DNA of 32,000 bases from Candidatus Saccharimonadota bacterium (GTDB lineage: Bacteria; Patescibacteriota; Gracilibacteria; UBA4473). The notes beneath the pieces are model-generated. The model had not been told where the DNA came from. It searched no databases and saw nothing but the letters and a program-made list of their open reading frames with translations. The stretch is taken from the NCBI GenBank assembly GCA_963677105.1, contig OY781871.1, positions 240,001 to 272,000 of the forward strand. The letters run 5' to 3'. The position numbers and the translations under genes are program-made. Positions 17,217-27,068 of this stretch are shown here, piece after piece; position 1 is the stretch's first letter, and every line of letters starts with the position of its first letter.

Positions 17217-18248
17217 CTATTTGATAGATTCCAACGCGTCCCGTTCTTTCTTGGAAAGTTTTTTCGGTAAATCGTATATAATTTTCACTAAATGATCTCC
17301 TTGACGACCACTTCTCTTTACTCCTTTTCCACGAATGCGAAGTAACGATCCATCCTGTGTACATTCTGGAATAACAAGTTCCACTTTCCCCCAAAACGTC
17401 TCAACTGGAAATTTTCCACCGAGCAAAATCTGCCATACGGGTAATCTTAATTCTGATAAAATATCCATTCCATGACGTTCAAATTTTCGAGAAGAACGCA
17501 CTTGAATATGTACAAATAAATCTCCTGGATTTCCTCCACGACGCCCCGCCTCTCCTTCTCCTTGAACTCGCAACGTTTCTCCTGTTTGAACTCCAGCGGG
17601 AACTTTTATCGTAATTTTTTTTGATTTTCGCACTCGTCCTTCTCCAGAACATTCTGAACATTTTGAATCAAACACCTTTCCTGTTCCTTCACAATCAGGA
17701 CACACTACTTGTTGTTGAATTATTCCAAATGGAGTACGTGTTTGTTGAGATATTCGACCACTCCCTGAACAAGTTGAACAAGTTTTTTGTCCAGAACCAC
17801 CTTTCCCTTTACATGCTTCACAAAAAACAAATTGTGTAGTAGAGAATTTTTTTGTTATTCCATTCATTGCATCCTCAAAATCTAAAACGACTTCTACCTC
17901 CAAATCTGATCCTCTCATATTTACTTGTCTACCACGACTCGATCCACCTCCACCAAAAAATGAAGAAAAAATATCTTCCATTCCTCCTCCAAAATCAAAA
18001 TTGGATGCGTTAAATCCTCCACCACCAAATCCGCTGCTCGAAGACCCTGCTGAACCAAATTGATCATATTGTGTTCGTTTATTTTCATCACCTAAAACCT
18101 CATATGCTTCGTTTATTTTTTTGAATTCTTCTGCATCCCCTCCTTTATCTGGATGGTGTTTTTTTGCTGCAGCACGAAACGCTTTCTTGATATCCGCTTG
18201 TGAAGCAGACTTTTCAACACCTAGAATTTTATATGGATCATTTTTCAT
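17217..18248 (-). CDS. dnaJ: Molecular chaperone DnaJ (type I: J domain, G/F region, four CxxCxGxG zinc-finger repeats)
   Basis: J domain KNDPYKILGV...HHPDKGG. G/F-rich linker. Zinc-finger repeats CEACKGKG, CSTCSGSG, CPDCEGTG, CSECSGEG. The track start at 18275 is a TTG; the ATG at 18248 (MKNDPYKILGV) fits the family N-terminus. Confidence 0.92.
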   Translation of the reverse strand: MKNDPYKILGVEKSASQADIKKAFRAAAKKHHPDKGGDAEEFKKINEAYEVLGDENKRTQYDQFGSAGSSSSGFGGGGFNASNFDFGGGMEDIFSSFFGGGGSSRGRQVNMRGSDLEVEVVLDFEDAMNGITKKFSTTQFVFCEACKGKGGSGQKTCSTCSGSGRISQQTRTPFGIIQQQVVCPDCEGTGKVFDSKCSECSGEGRVRKSKKITIKVPAGVQTGETLRVQGEGEAGRRGGNPGDLFVHIQVRSSRKFERHGMDILSELRLPVWQILLGGKFPVETFWGKVELVIPECTQDGSLLRIRGKGVKRSGRQGDHLVKIIYDLPKKLSKKERDALESIK

Positions 18249-18268
18249 CGCGAAGAGTGTACAATTTT

Positions 18269-18295
18269 TTAGCAACCTGTCCAGCTGACTGCCAA
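18269..18295. promoter_or_regulatory. Degenerate CIRCE-like inverted repeat (possible HrcA operator) upstream of dnaJ
   Basis: TTAGCAACC-N9-GACTGCCAA versus the CIRCE consensus TTAGCACTC-N9-GAGTGCTAA. It matches 14 of 18 positions with the correct 9-nt spacer, 21-47 nt upstream of the dnaJ ATG. Confidence 0.3.
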
Positions 18296-18378
18296 ATATT
18301 TAAGAATTGAGTCAAAAAAATTTGGTTTTTCCCTGAAAATCCTCGACAATTTTAGTTGACAGATTCTCACTAAAACAC

Positions 18379-21300
18379 ATGAAACTTCGATCCCTCGGCT
18401 TTCTTCTTGTAGGACTTTCTTCGTTCTTCCTTGTTAATAGTGCAAATGCTACTTGCACTTGGGCAAGATTCTCTTGTAGTCAGCCAGTCGGAACCGACTC
18501 CACTGTGACATTTAACACAATGGAATATTCTCGAAGTAAATATTTCTGGAATACAAATACGTGTGTTTCTGATGATGATCTTGGATCTTTGGACTTTGAT
18601 ATAATTAATGGATCTGCTGTCAGTGCACCAAATGATTGTCTTTTATGGCGAGGAGAATCAATTAACGGAGAAACAAATACGCTTACTGATGATGAATGTT
18701 TTGCTGCTGGATTGATTGCAACAAATATTGGAGGGACTTCTTATGGATGTCCATGTCTTGCATCAGCATGTGTAAATAATTTCGTGAACAATAATGATCG
18801 AATGAAAGAATCTCATTTCACAAGTGTTCGAACATGTACCGGAACAAGCTGTGATTCTCGAGATCCTCTTGGATATGTTCCTGGAACACCAAACTATGAA
18901 GCTGTTCCTGCGTATGATTTTCAGTTAAATGGAGCTGCTGTTCTCGGCGACAAAGTACGTGTTCAAGTGTATTCACACAATAATGCAAAAGAACAATTCC
19001 CTGGGGATGATGACTATGACAATTACATGGCTCATGCCACAAATATTCAATTATCGTGGGATAATGGCGCACACACAGCACAAGGGATCATAACCAGTAA
19101 CGACGCAACACCTACAACGAAAACTTCTCCAACAGTAATATTGCCAACACTTCCTGCGGGAAAACAATATGAACTCGTTGGAGTATGGCACCATTACAAC
19201 AACGCAACTGTTGCAGGATCTCCTTCATATGTAGCAGATCATTTCACACTGAATGATGCCGAACTTTCTGTAAATGGAACTACGGCAACCTTTGATCTGG
19301 GGGATCACGCTTCTTGTTTTGGAAATATTCACCGTGTGTATTTTGATCTACAAGTAACAGATATTCCTGATCCGAGTTTCACTATGACGAAAACAGCGAA
19401 TCCAGATATAAATACTATTTTGTATCCTGGAGATTCTCTTTCTTATTCCATCATGGTAAATAACACTGGAAATACTGTTTTACCTAATTTCAACGCCACA
19501 GACACACTTGATACAAATCTTACTTTCGTTTCTGGTGACAATGGTGTTTCTCATGTAAATGGAGTTGTTACTTTAGATTTTAACAACATTGTTGTTGGAG
19601 AAAGTATAACAAAATCCTTTGTCGTTACAGTAAATGATAATACTCCGTCAGGAACTGATGTTTGCAATCAAGCGAATGCTACAAATTCTGGTTTAGTAAA
19701 TGAATCGAATATTATTTGTCACAATGTGGGAGAGATCCTTACTCCAGATTTTTCTTTAGTTAAATCTGCAAATCCGCCACATCAATCAACTGTTCTTCCA
19801 GGAGAAACTATTACGTACACTGTTACTGCAAACAACGAAGGAAATACTGTTTTATCGAACTTTATTGCAACTGATAACCTCATTCCGAGTGTTTCTTTCG
19901 TTTCTGGTGACACGGGAGTTTCCCATTCAAATGGAATTGTTACATTAAATTTTGGGGATATTTCTATTGGAGGAAATGCAACAAAATCGTTTCAAGTAAC
20001 AGTAAACGATGATGTTTCTGTAGGAGATCAGATTAGTAATCGAGCTTCTGCAACATATGAAAATATTACACATCATTCGAATATTATTCACCATATTGTT
20101 GGAGAAACACTTGTCCCAGATTTCACAATAACGAAATCTGCAAATCCGCCTCATTTATCAACTCTCCTTCCTGAAGAAACACTCACGTACACAATTTCTA
20201 CGGAAAATACCGGGAATACTGATTTATCAAATATTGTAATCACAGATGTATTAAATTCTAACTTAATACCTTCAGGAACTATGCCAAATAATATGTCATA
20301 TGATCCGAATACACACACTATAACTATTACTATTGCAACACTTGAACCTGGTGCTTCTCAAGAAACATCTTTTTCAACAATGGTAATCGAGAATCCGCAA
20401 ACAAATATTAGCTTTTGTAACATCGCTACAGGAATTAATTCTACTGGACTGAATCGTCAATCAAATGAAGTTTGCCATCAAATCGAAGCAGAACCATTTA
20501 CAGACTTTTCAATAACAAAATCTGCAAATCCACCTCATCAGTCGTTACTTAATCCTGGAAATATTCTGGACTATACAATCTCTACGGAAAACACTGGAGA
20601 TACGACTTTATCAAATATTGTTATAACAGATGTATTAAATTCAAACCTGAGTTTTACAGATATTATTCTTCCAAATTATCTATCATACGATCCGAATACA
20701 CACACTGTAACTATTACTATTGCAACACTTGAACCTGGTGCTTCTCAAGAAACATCTTTTTCAACAATGGTAATCGAGAATCCACAAACAAATATTAGCT
20801 TTTGTAACATCGCTACGGGAATTGATTCTACTGGACTGAATCGTCAATCAAATGAAGTTTGTCATCAAATCGAAGCAGAACCATTTACAGACTTTTCAAT
20901 AACAAAGTCTGCAAATCCGCCGCACTTAGCAACTCTCCTTCCCGGAGACATGCTCACATACACGATTTCTACAGAAAACACTGGAAATACTGCTTTATCA
21001 AATATTGTAATTACAGATGTACTGAGTCCATACGTAACATTTTCAGAAATAATGCCGAGTAATGTGTCATATGATCCTGATACACATACGTTAACTATTA
21101 CCATTGCAACACTTGAACCTGGAGAAACTCAGTCGCTAAGTTTTTCTGTAACAATTAACGAAGATTCTCCAACAAATATTAGCTTCTGTAATAAAGCTTC
21201 TGGAGTTGATTCAACAGGAATGTTACGATCGTCTGAAGACATATGTCATTCGGTTGTAGAAGAATTTGTAACTCTTCATAAAACAGCAAATATTCCTGAA

Positions 21301-24264
21301 GATCAAATTGTTACTCCTGGAGAAACTCTCACTTATACCGTTTCTGCTACGAATAATACTTCTGAAAATCTCGATATAATTATAACGGATCCACTTGATG
21401 ATAATCTTTCTTTTGTGGGATTTAGTAATTCAAGTAACATCGAATACGATCCCCAAACACATTCTGTACAAATCACATTACTGAATGTACCCGGATTTAG
21501 TACGGTTCCGGTAAGTTTTTCTGTAATGGTTCTTCATCCTGGACAAGAAAATGTCAAAGTTTGTAATCAATCAAAAGTTCTTTCATACGCCATAAATAAT
21601 GGTTCCATTCCAGATGATAACACTGAGCCAGAAATTTATGGAAACAATGGAAATACTGGTAATACAGAAAATAGAAATGTTTGGGATAATATAATATATG
21701 GAGTTCAAAATTTCTTCGGAGCAATCTCTACGATATTTGGTAATTTAACCGACTCGGTATTCGATATTCAAACGCTTAACCAACTCGTTGCAAGTTCTGT
21801 GGAAATGCCTATTGAAGATCAAAATGACAATAATGAATCTTACTCTGAACGAATTTGTCATTTAGTGGACATCTCTGCTGGAGAAGCCATTGAAATAGTG
21901 AAAACATCTGATCCAATACCATCTACACCAGAATTGGAAACTATCGTACATTTCGGAGACTCAATTATTTATTCTGTCCGTGTTACGAATCATTATGGAA
22001 TCGCTATTTCTGAATCATTAGTAGATGAAATTGATCTCGGACTTTCTTTTGTTGAAGCAGGAAATATATCAAGTACTGATCCAAACGCATCAGGAGAAAT
22101 TATTCGCGTAGATGATCAAACATTACATCTTAATATAATGAATCTTGGAAATGATGAAACAATTATTTTTAATTTTACTACAGAAGTAATTGCAACGGTT
22201 GACTCTGAAATTTGTAATCAAGCTCAATTATTTAATTTTCACTCCAATGATTATACAAGTGAAAACATTTGTGTAACTTTTTCTGATGGAAGTTCTGAAA
22301 ACACTTTTATTGAAAAATCCGTATCTCCTGCCGCTGGACCAATCGCAAATGGAGACACTCTTTCCTATACTGTTCGTTTTGTTTCTGATGAAATAATGCC
22401 TATTACCACAGTATTACTTGATACTCTCGATAATACTGTTTTCGTAGAAAATAGTGGAAGTATTACGAGTTCAGATTCATCAATTACTGGATCTATTACA
22501 TATGAAACTCTCACAAAAACTCTTTCTTTATATGTAAATGATTTAACTCAGGGAGGATGGATTGAATTTCGATTTGATGCACTTGTTACCAGTGACTCAC
22601 TGCCAAGTGAAATTTGTAACCAAGCGTATGATATTAATGAAAATTGGTATTCAAATATTGTCTGTGTTTCTACCGATACTGGTGGCGGACCTGGACCTGG
22701 GGGCGGAGAAGTAATTAGTACTATTGGAATCTGTACAGATCTCGCAAGCGGAAGTGTTACTTGCCGAAAACACACACCACATAGATCTTTTGGCGAAAGC
22801 GAATATTTAGACTGGAAAGAATGTAAACGAAATAATCCGACTATTGCTGGAATTGAACTTTGTACACGAGAATGGGCAAGATCGGTTGGACTTCTTGCGC
22901 TTGGAGAATGTCATCCTGATAATATCGCTGCAGCTGGTACATGGTGGCAATGGAATGGATCGGATAATCTATATACATGGCCTGGTGATTTTAATAATGA
23001 ATGTAATACGGAAATTATTCCACCTGGTCCTTGTATGGAATCATGTGCAGAAATGACTGCTCTAATAGAAAAAACAACTTCAACCCCAGTTGTAGCGAAA
23101 GAAGAAGAGGCTATATATAATCTAAAACTAACACTTACTCCTGATATTACTGACCAAAATACCGAAATAAATATTACGGGAATGAAAGTATATGACCTTA
23201 CTATTCCTGCAAATTCTGGATGGCTCTTTGATCATGCTCTTCAAAATCCATCATCTAATTGGGAATGGAAAGGAATGAATGATGATCCTGCTTCCAATTA
23301 CTTTGAATGGCGTGGTTCTGATTTTTTATTAGAAACAGAGCAAACGATGGATATTGACTATGAAATGAATACAGCACTTACTATTAAAGCTGATACAGCC
23401 CAAGTAAATAATGTTGCATTTGCCGTTGTGGAATATGAAATACAAACATTCGATCCTTTTTCTGGGCTCACTGCACTGTCTGGTCCAAGACATCTTCATG
23501 TTGGAAATGCATTAAATTTATGTGACAACAGATCTGTCTTAGAAATTATTGATGCGAGTACTTCATCTCCTGGATCTTCCGAAACAGTAGAAATTATTCG
23601 TCCATATATAGAGGTGCGAGGAGGAGGAAATGTGGGAGTACAAAAACTTGATGACAATACAGAAAATCCATTCGGTGGATTGGAAACTGGTTTCTCCGAA
23701 GACATTACAACCGGAGAAATTTTAACCGGAACTGAAACAGATGACCTTACTGAAACTATAGACCTATGGAGTGAATACGAAGATCAATCAACTACCACTG
23801 AAAATATCTTCGGTGTAAACTGGATCACAACTTCTGATAATGCTGGAGTATATTTTCATGAAGGAGACATAACTCTTTCCGCTAGTGATAATTTTGTGGG
23901 TTCAAAAACATTCGTCATAGATGGAAAACTTCAGATTGAAGGAAATTTTGAACCAGACGGATTTGGTGCATTTATTGCAGACAGAATTGCTATACAACAA
24001 GACGTAACGAATATGACAGGAGTTTTTATTGCCGATGGTGGCGACATCGTTTCTCTCGGTGAATCTGATAAACAGCTTGTCATTTCTGGAGCGCTTATGG
24101 GAGATGCAACCGATCTTCTTGATCGACGAAAATTCATTGGAGTTGATCCAGAGAACACTCTCGAACCAAGTATAAAAATCAATTACGATTTACGTCTTCT
24201 CGATGCAACACCACCCGCTCTTGAGTTATTCTTGAGTGAAGACTGGACACAAACTATAGAATGA
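18379..24264 (+). CDS. Giant secreted surface protein with about 9 DUF11-type repeat modules, a Gly/Pro hinge, a Cys-rich insert and a beta-helix-like C-terminal domain
   Basis: 1961 aa with signal peptide MKLRSLGFLLVGLSSFFLVNSANA and a Cys-rich N-terminal ~330 aa. Repeated modules of the form (D/E)F-x-(I/L)-x-K-(S/T)-A-N-P...PG-(D/E)-x-(I/L)-x-Y-T-(I/V)...N-x-G-N-T...(I/A)-T-D-x-L resemble the DUF11 / 'conserved repeat domain' family. No LPXTG motif or C-terminal TM anchor was seen. Confidence 0.8.
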   Translation: MKLRSLGFLLVGLSSFFLVNSANATCTWARFSCSQPVGTDSTVTFNTMEYSRSKYFWNTNTCVSDDDLGSLDFDIINGSAVSAPNDCLLWRGESINGETNTLTDDECFAAGLIATNIGGTSYGCPCLASACVNNFVNNNDRMKESHFTSVRTCTGTSCDSRDPLGYVPGTPNYEAVPAYDFQLNGAAVLGDKVRVQVYSHNNAKEQFPGDDDYDNYMAHATNIQLSWDNGAHTAQGIITSNDATPTTKTSPTVILPTLPAGKQYELVGVWHHYNNATVAGSPSYVADHFTLNDAELSVNGTTATFDLGDHASCFGNIHRVYFDLQVTDIPDPSFTMTKTANPDINTILYPGDSLSYSIMVNNTGNTVLPNFNATDTLDTNLTFVSGDNGVSHVNGVVTLDFNNIVVGESITKSFVVTVNDNTPSGTDVCNQANATNSGLVNESNIICHNVGEILTPDFSLVKSANPPHQSTVLPGETITYTVTANNEGNTVLSNFIATDNLIPSVSFVSGDTGVSHSNGIVTLNFGDISIGGNATKSFQVTVNDDVSVGDQISNRASATYENITHHSNIIHHIVGETLVPDFTITKSANPPHLSTLLPEETLTYTISTENTGNTDLSNIVITDVLNSNLIPSGTMPNNMSYDPNTHTITITIATLEPGASQETSFSTMVIENPQTNISFCNIATGINSTGLNRQSNEVCHQIEAEPFTDFSITKSANPPHQSLLNPGNILDYTISTENTGDTTLSNIVITDVLNSNLSFTDIILPNYLSYDPNTHTVTITIATLEPGASQETSFSTMVIENPQTNISFCNIATGIDSTGLNRQSNEVCHQIEAEPFTDFSITKSANPPHLATLLPGDMLTYTISTENTGNTALSNIVITDVLSPYVTFSEIMPSNVSYDPDTHTLTITIATLEPGETQSLSFSVTINEDSPTNISFCNKASGVDSTGMLRSSEDICHSVVEEFVTLHKTANIPEDQIVTPGETLTYTVSATNNTSENLDIIITDPLDDNLSFVGFSNSSNIEYDPQTHSVQITLLNVPGFSTVPVSFSVMVLHPGQENVKVCNQSKVLSYAINNGSIPDDNTEPEIYGNNGNTGNTENRNVWDNIIYGVQNFFGAISTIFGNLTDSVFDIQTLNQLVASSVEMPIEDQNDNNESYSERICHLVDISAGEAIEIVKTSDPIPSTPELETIVHFGDSIIYSVRVTNHYGIAISESLVDEIDLGLSFVEAGNISSTDPNASGEIIRVDDQTLHLNIMNLGNDETIIFNFTTEVIATVDSEICNQAQLFNFHSNDYTSENICVTFSDGSSENTFIEKSVSPAAGPIANGDTLSYTVRFVSDEIMPITTVLLDTLDNTVFVENSGSITSSDSSITGSITYETLTKTLSLYVNDLTQGGWIEFRFDALVTSDSLPSEICNQAYDINENWYSNIVCVSTDTGGGPGPGGGEVISTIGICTDLASGSVTCRKHTPHRSFGESEYLDWKECKRNNPTIAGIELCTREWARSVGLLALGECHPDNIAAAGTWWQWNGSDNLYTWPGDFNNECNTEIIPPGPCMESCAEMTALIEKTTSTPVVAKEEEAIYNLKLTLTPDITDQNTEINITGMKVYDLTIPANSGWLFDHALQNPSSNWEWKGMNDDPASNYFEWRGSDFLLETEQTMDIDYEMNTALTIKADTAQVNNVAFAVVEYEIQTFDPFSGLTALSGPRHLHVGNALNLCDNRSVLEIIDASTSSPGSSETVEIIRPYIEVRGGGNVGVQKLDDNTENPFGGLETGFSEDITTGEILTGTETDDLTETIDLWSEYEDQSTTTENIFGVNWITTSDNAGVYFHEGDITLSASDNFVGSKTFVIDGKLQIEGNFEPDGFGAFIADRIAIQQDVTNMTGVFIADGGDIVSLGESDKQLVISGALMGDATDLLDRRKFIGVDPENTLEPSIKINYDLRLLDATPPALELFLSEDWTQTIE
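19378..21600 (+). repeat. Tandem array of six consecutive DUF11-type coding modules (period 366-387 nt)
   Basis: Module starts lie near 19378, 19744, 20116, 20503, 20887 and 21268, each opening with ...TK(T/S)ANP.... Further diverged modules start near 21885, 22303 and 23068. Confidence 0.7.
20296..20927 (+). repeat. Near-identical ~245-nt direct repeat pair inside the giant gene (20296-20540 and 20683-20927, offset 387 nt)
   Basis: Both copies encode SYDPNTHT(I/V)TITIATLEPGASQETSFSTMVIENPQTNISFCNIATGI(N/D)STGLNRQSNEVCHQIEAEPFTDFSITKSANPPH. By eye there are about 10 nucleotide differences over ~245 nt, far fewer than between other modules. Confidence 0.8.
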
Positions 24265-27068
24265 ATATTGATTGGACTTATATCGGACTCTGGCTCCAGG
24301 CATACTGGATACAAGGAATCTTCATCACTATTGGAGGAATCTTTGGGATCAAATTAATTGTATGGCTTACACGAATTTTTCATCATAAATGGACTGCGAA
24401 AAAACTGGTTCATTTGCAAATTTCTCTCCCCAGAAATGATTCCAAACTTGATGCCGAACATCGAACAGAAAAAGATTTTCGTGAAACAATTGGGAAAATG
24501 GAACAATTGTTTCGTTCATTACACGAGACGCGAGATTTAAATCTTTACAATATCGTGTTTCATCGCATGCTCTGGCAAGAGCCACGATTTTCTTTTGAAT
24601 TACAGTTTGAAAAACGAGAACTTTCTTTTGTGATTTGTTGCGCACCATACTATCAAAACATAGTAATGAAACAGGTTACAACATTTTACCCTGATGCAGA
24701 TGTAGTTCCACTTACTCCTGATAAACGATTTAATTTAACCGAAAATAAGGCCGTTCATAATGGGTATTTTTTCTATACAAAAAGAGCTTTTTGGTTTCCG
24801 ATTAATACATATAAAAAAGTTGAAGATGATCCATTAAATGGTCTTGCTAATTCGTTTGCAAAGTTAAACGATGACGAAAAAGCTTGTATTCAGATAATTC
24901 TCCATCCGCAAGGAGGAAAATGGCAAAAGGCAGCAAAATCACAAGGGGATTCTCTCTTCAAAGGAAAAAAAGATTCTGGAAAAGGAATTCCCTTTCTTGG
25001 TCCTATTTTAAATATTTTATGGCTTCCAATAAAAATTCTGATTCGTGGATATAATCCTGAAACAGATACTATTTCAAATGCTCCTGGTGCCAAAAGTGGA
25101 GATTCCTATGTACGAATGTTGCAGTCTGAAGAAGAACTTTATAAATCTGTAGGAGAAAAATCTGTACAATCTGGATTTAATACCACAATACGAATTGTGG
25201 CGAGCGCTCCAAATAAAGATAGAGTATCACAAATTCTCAATGGTATTTTCGTCGCTTTTAATATTTTCAAAAGTAAAGGAGGAAATAAAATGGAAAATCG
25301 TCGTATTGTTCCATTTAATATAATTAATACTCCGTTTATTTACCATAATTATAAATATAGATTACCCGCATTTTTTGAAAAAAAATCACTGCTGTGCTCT
25401 GAAGAAGTCGCTTCTCTTTTTCATTTCCCAGATGCTCGATATAATCGTATTCCCACAATTAAATGGCTTCCATATAAAGTGCTTCCACCGCCAATTAATA
25501 TGCCAGAAGAAGGTATTATTTTAGGAGAATCTATTTATCGTGGAATTTCAAAATCAGTTCGATTTAAACGAAATGATCGAACTCGTCATCAATACATAAT
25601 CGGGAAATCTGGTTCAGGAAAATCTGTTTTACTGTGGAACCAAGCAGTACAAGATATTGAAAATGGCGAAGGAGTATGTGTTGTAGATCCTCATGGAGAT
25701 CTAATAGATGATATTGCAGCATGTGTCCCAAAACATCGAGCAAAAGACGTTGTCATGTTTGATCCAGGTGACAAAGAACGCCCAATGGGGTTAAATATTC
25801 TAGAAACAACAAGCGCAGAACAATGGGATCGAGCTTCTCTCGACGCAATGGAAATTTTCATTAAATTATTTGGAAATGAGATTTTTGGACCACGTATCCA
25901 ACACTATTTCCGAAATGCATGTCTCAGCCTCATGGAAGATACTGAAGAGGGAGCAACGTTAATTGATATTCCACGAATGTTTATTGATGAAGAATTTCAA
26001 AAATATAAAGTATCAAAGGTGAAGAATGTCGTAGTACGAAACTTTTGGGAAAATGAAATGGCTAACACTGGAGATCGGGAAAAACAAGAAATGATTCCCT
26101 ATTTTACATCAAAATTTGGTCCATTTGTTACGAATACGACAATGCGTAATATTATCGGTCAGACAAAGTCTGCATTTAATGTTCGTGAAGTAATGGATAA
26201 TCAAAAAATATTATTAATTAATCTCTCTAAAGGAAAAATTGGAGGAATTAACTCCCAACTTCTTGGGTTGGTTGTTGTGTCAAAAATAAATATGGCAGCA
26301 ATGTCACGTGCCGATATGGCCGCCGAAGATCGAAAAGATTTTTACCTTTATGTAGATGAGTTTCAAAACTTTGCCTCAGACACGTTCGCTACAATTTTGT
26401 CTGAAGCTCGTAAATATAGACTGAATTTAATTATGGCTCACCAGTATATTGCACAATTATCTGAAGGTGCTGGAGGAGTGACTCAAGGTGGAGCAAATTC
26501 AAAAATAAAAGATGCTGTATTTGGAAATGTAGGAACAATGATGAACTTTAAGGTGGGAGCAGAAGATGCTGAATACTTTGAGAAAGAATATTCTCCTCTT
26601 TTATCGGCGCAAGATATTCTCTCTATTGCGAACTATAAGGCTTACGTAAAATTGAATATAAATAACACAACAAGTCGTGTCTTTTCAATGGATACTCTCT
26701 ATGATCCAAGTAAAAAGAATGACAAAGTATTAGAAATTATGAAAAAATATTCACGAATGAAATACGGACGAAAAAAAGAATTTGTTGATGCAGAAATTGA
26801 AGCACGAATGGGAATAGATAGCCTTTCATCCATTGACGAAGCAGCTAAAAAAGATAAGACTGTGAATGATAATCTCCTTGGCGACACACCAATACCAACA
26901 ATAAATGAGGAATCTATTGCCGCAAGCTCTGAAAATCTTCAAGCACAAGTTGCTACAGACAAAGGTGCTGGAAATTTTGCCCCAAATAAGATTCCAAAAT
27001 CATTACAAAAAATTATTTCCACATCTCCTTCGCAAGCCATTGCAAACGAGGCTCTTAATAATACATAA
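24261..27068 (+). CDS. Membrane-anchored P-loop ATPase of the FtsK/HerA/VirD4 (TraD/TraG coupling-protein-like) superfamily with a ~430-aa uncharacterised N-terminal domain
   Basis: 935 aa. The start ATG overlaps the upstream stop (ATGA at 24261..24264). N-terminal hydrophobic segment: IGLWLQAYWIQGIFITIGGIFGIKLIVWL. Walker A GKSGSGKS at 25602..25625. Walker B FYLYVDEFQNF with DE at 26355..26360. The C-terminal tail is low-complexity. Confidence 0.75.
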   Translation: MNIDWTYIGLWLQAYWIQGIFITIGGIFGIKLIVWLTRIFHHKWTAKKLVHLQISLPRNDSKLDAEHRTEKDFRETIGKMEQLFRSLHETRDLNLYNIVFHRMLWQEPRFSFELQFEKRELSFVICCAPYYQNIVMKQVTTFYPDADVVPLTPDKRFNLTENKAVHNGYFFYTKRAFWFPINTYKKVEDDPLNGLANSFAKLNDDEKACIQIILHPQGGKWQKAAKSQGDSLFKGKKDSGKGIPFLGPILNILWLPIKILIRGYNPETDTISNAPGAKSGDSYVRMLQSEEELYKSVGEKSVQSGFNTTIRIVASAPNKDRVSQILNGIFVAFNIFKSKGGNKMENRRIVPFNIINTPFIYHNYKYRLPAFFEKKSLLCSEEVASLFHFPDARYNRIPTIKWLPYKVLPPPINMPEEGIILGESIYRGISKSVRFKRNDRTRHQYIIGKSGSGKSVLLWNQAVQDIENGEGVCVVDPHGDLIDDIAACVPKHRAKDVVMFDPGDKERPMGLNILETTSAEQWDRASLDAMEIFIKLFGNEIFGPRIQHYFRNACLSLMEDTEEGATLIDIPRMFIDEEFQKYKVSKVKNVVVRNFWENEMANTGDREKQEMIPYFTSKFGPFVTNTTMRNIIGQTKSAFNVREVMDNQKILLINLSKGKIGGINSQLLGLVVVSKINMAAMSRADMAAEDRKDFYLYVDEFQNFASDTFATILSEARKYRLNLIMAHQYIAQLSEGAGGVTQGGANSKIKDAVFGNVGTMMNFKVGAEDAEYFEKEYSPLLSAQDILSIANYKAYVKLNINNTTSRVFSMDTLYDPSKKNDKVLEIMKKYSRMKYGRKKEFVDAEIEARMGIDSLSSIDEAAKKDKTVNDNLLGDTPIPTINEESIAASSENLQAQVATDKGAGNFAPNKIPKSLQKIISTSPSQAIANEALNNT

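Noticed and set aside
18249-18275. TTG-initiated N-terminal extension of DnaJ (MLKNCTLFA...)
   Set aside because: The internal ATG at 18248 gives the canonical J-domain N-terminus, and the extension overlaps the CIRCE-like element region.
19378-23100. Periodic ~380-nt repeats as a possible CRISPR or noncoding array
   Set aside because: The period is far too long, and there is no short repeat/unique spacer structure. The repeats are in-frame protein modules of one continuous 1961-aa ORF.
24261-27068. Integrated conjugative element or canonical type IV secretion system
   Set aside because: Only the coupling-protein-like ATPase is present. No relaxase, VirB4, VirB6/B8-like, integrase or oriT-like features occur in the window, and flanking genes are housekeeping (dnaJ, pyrE).
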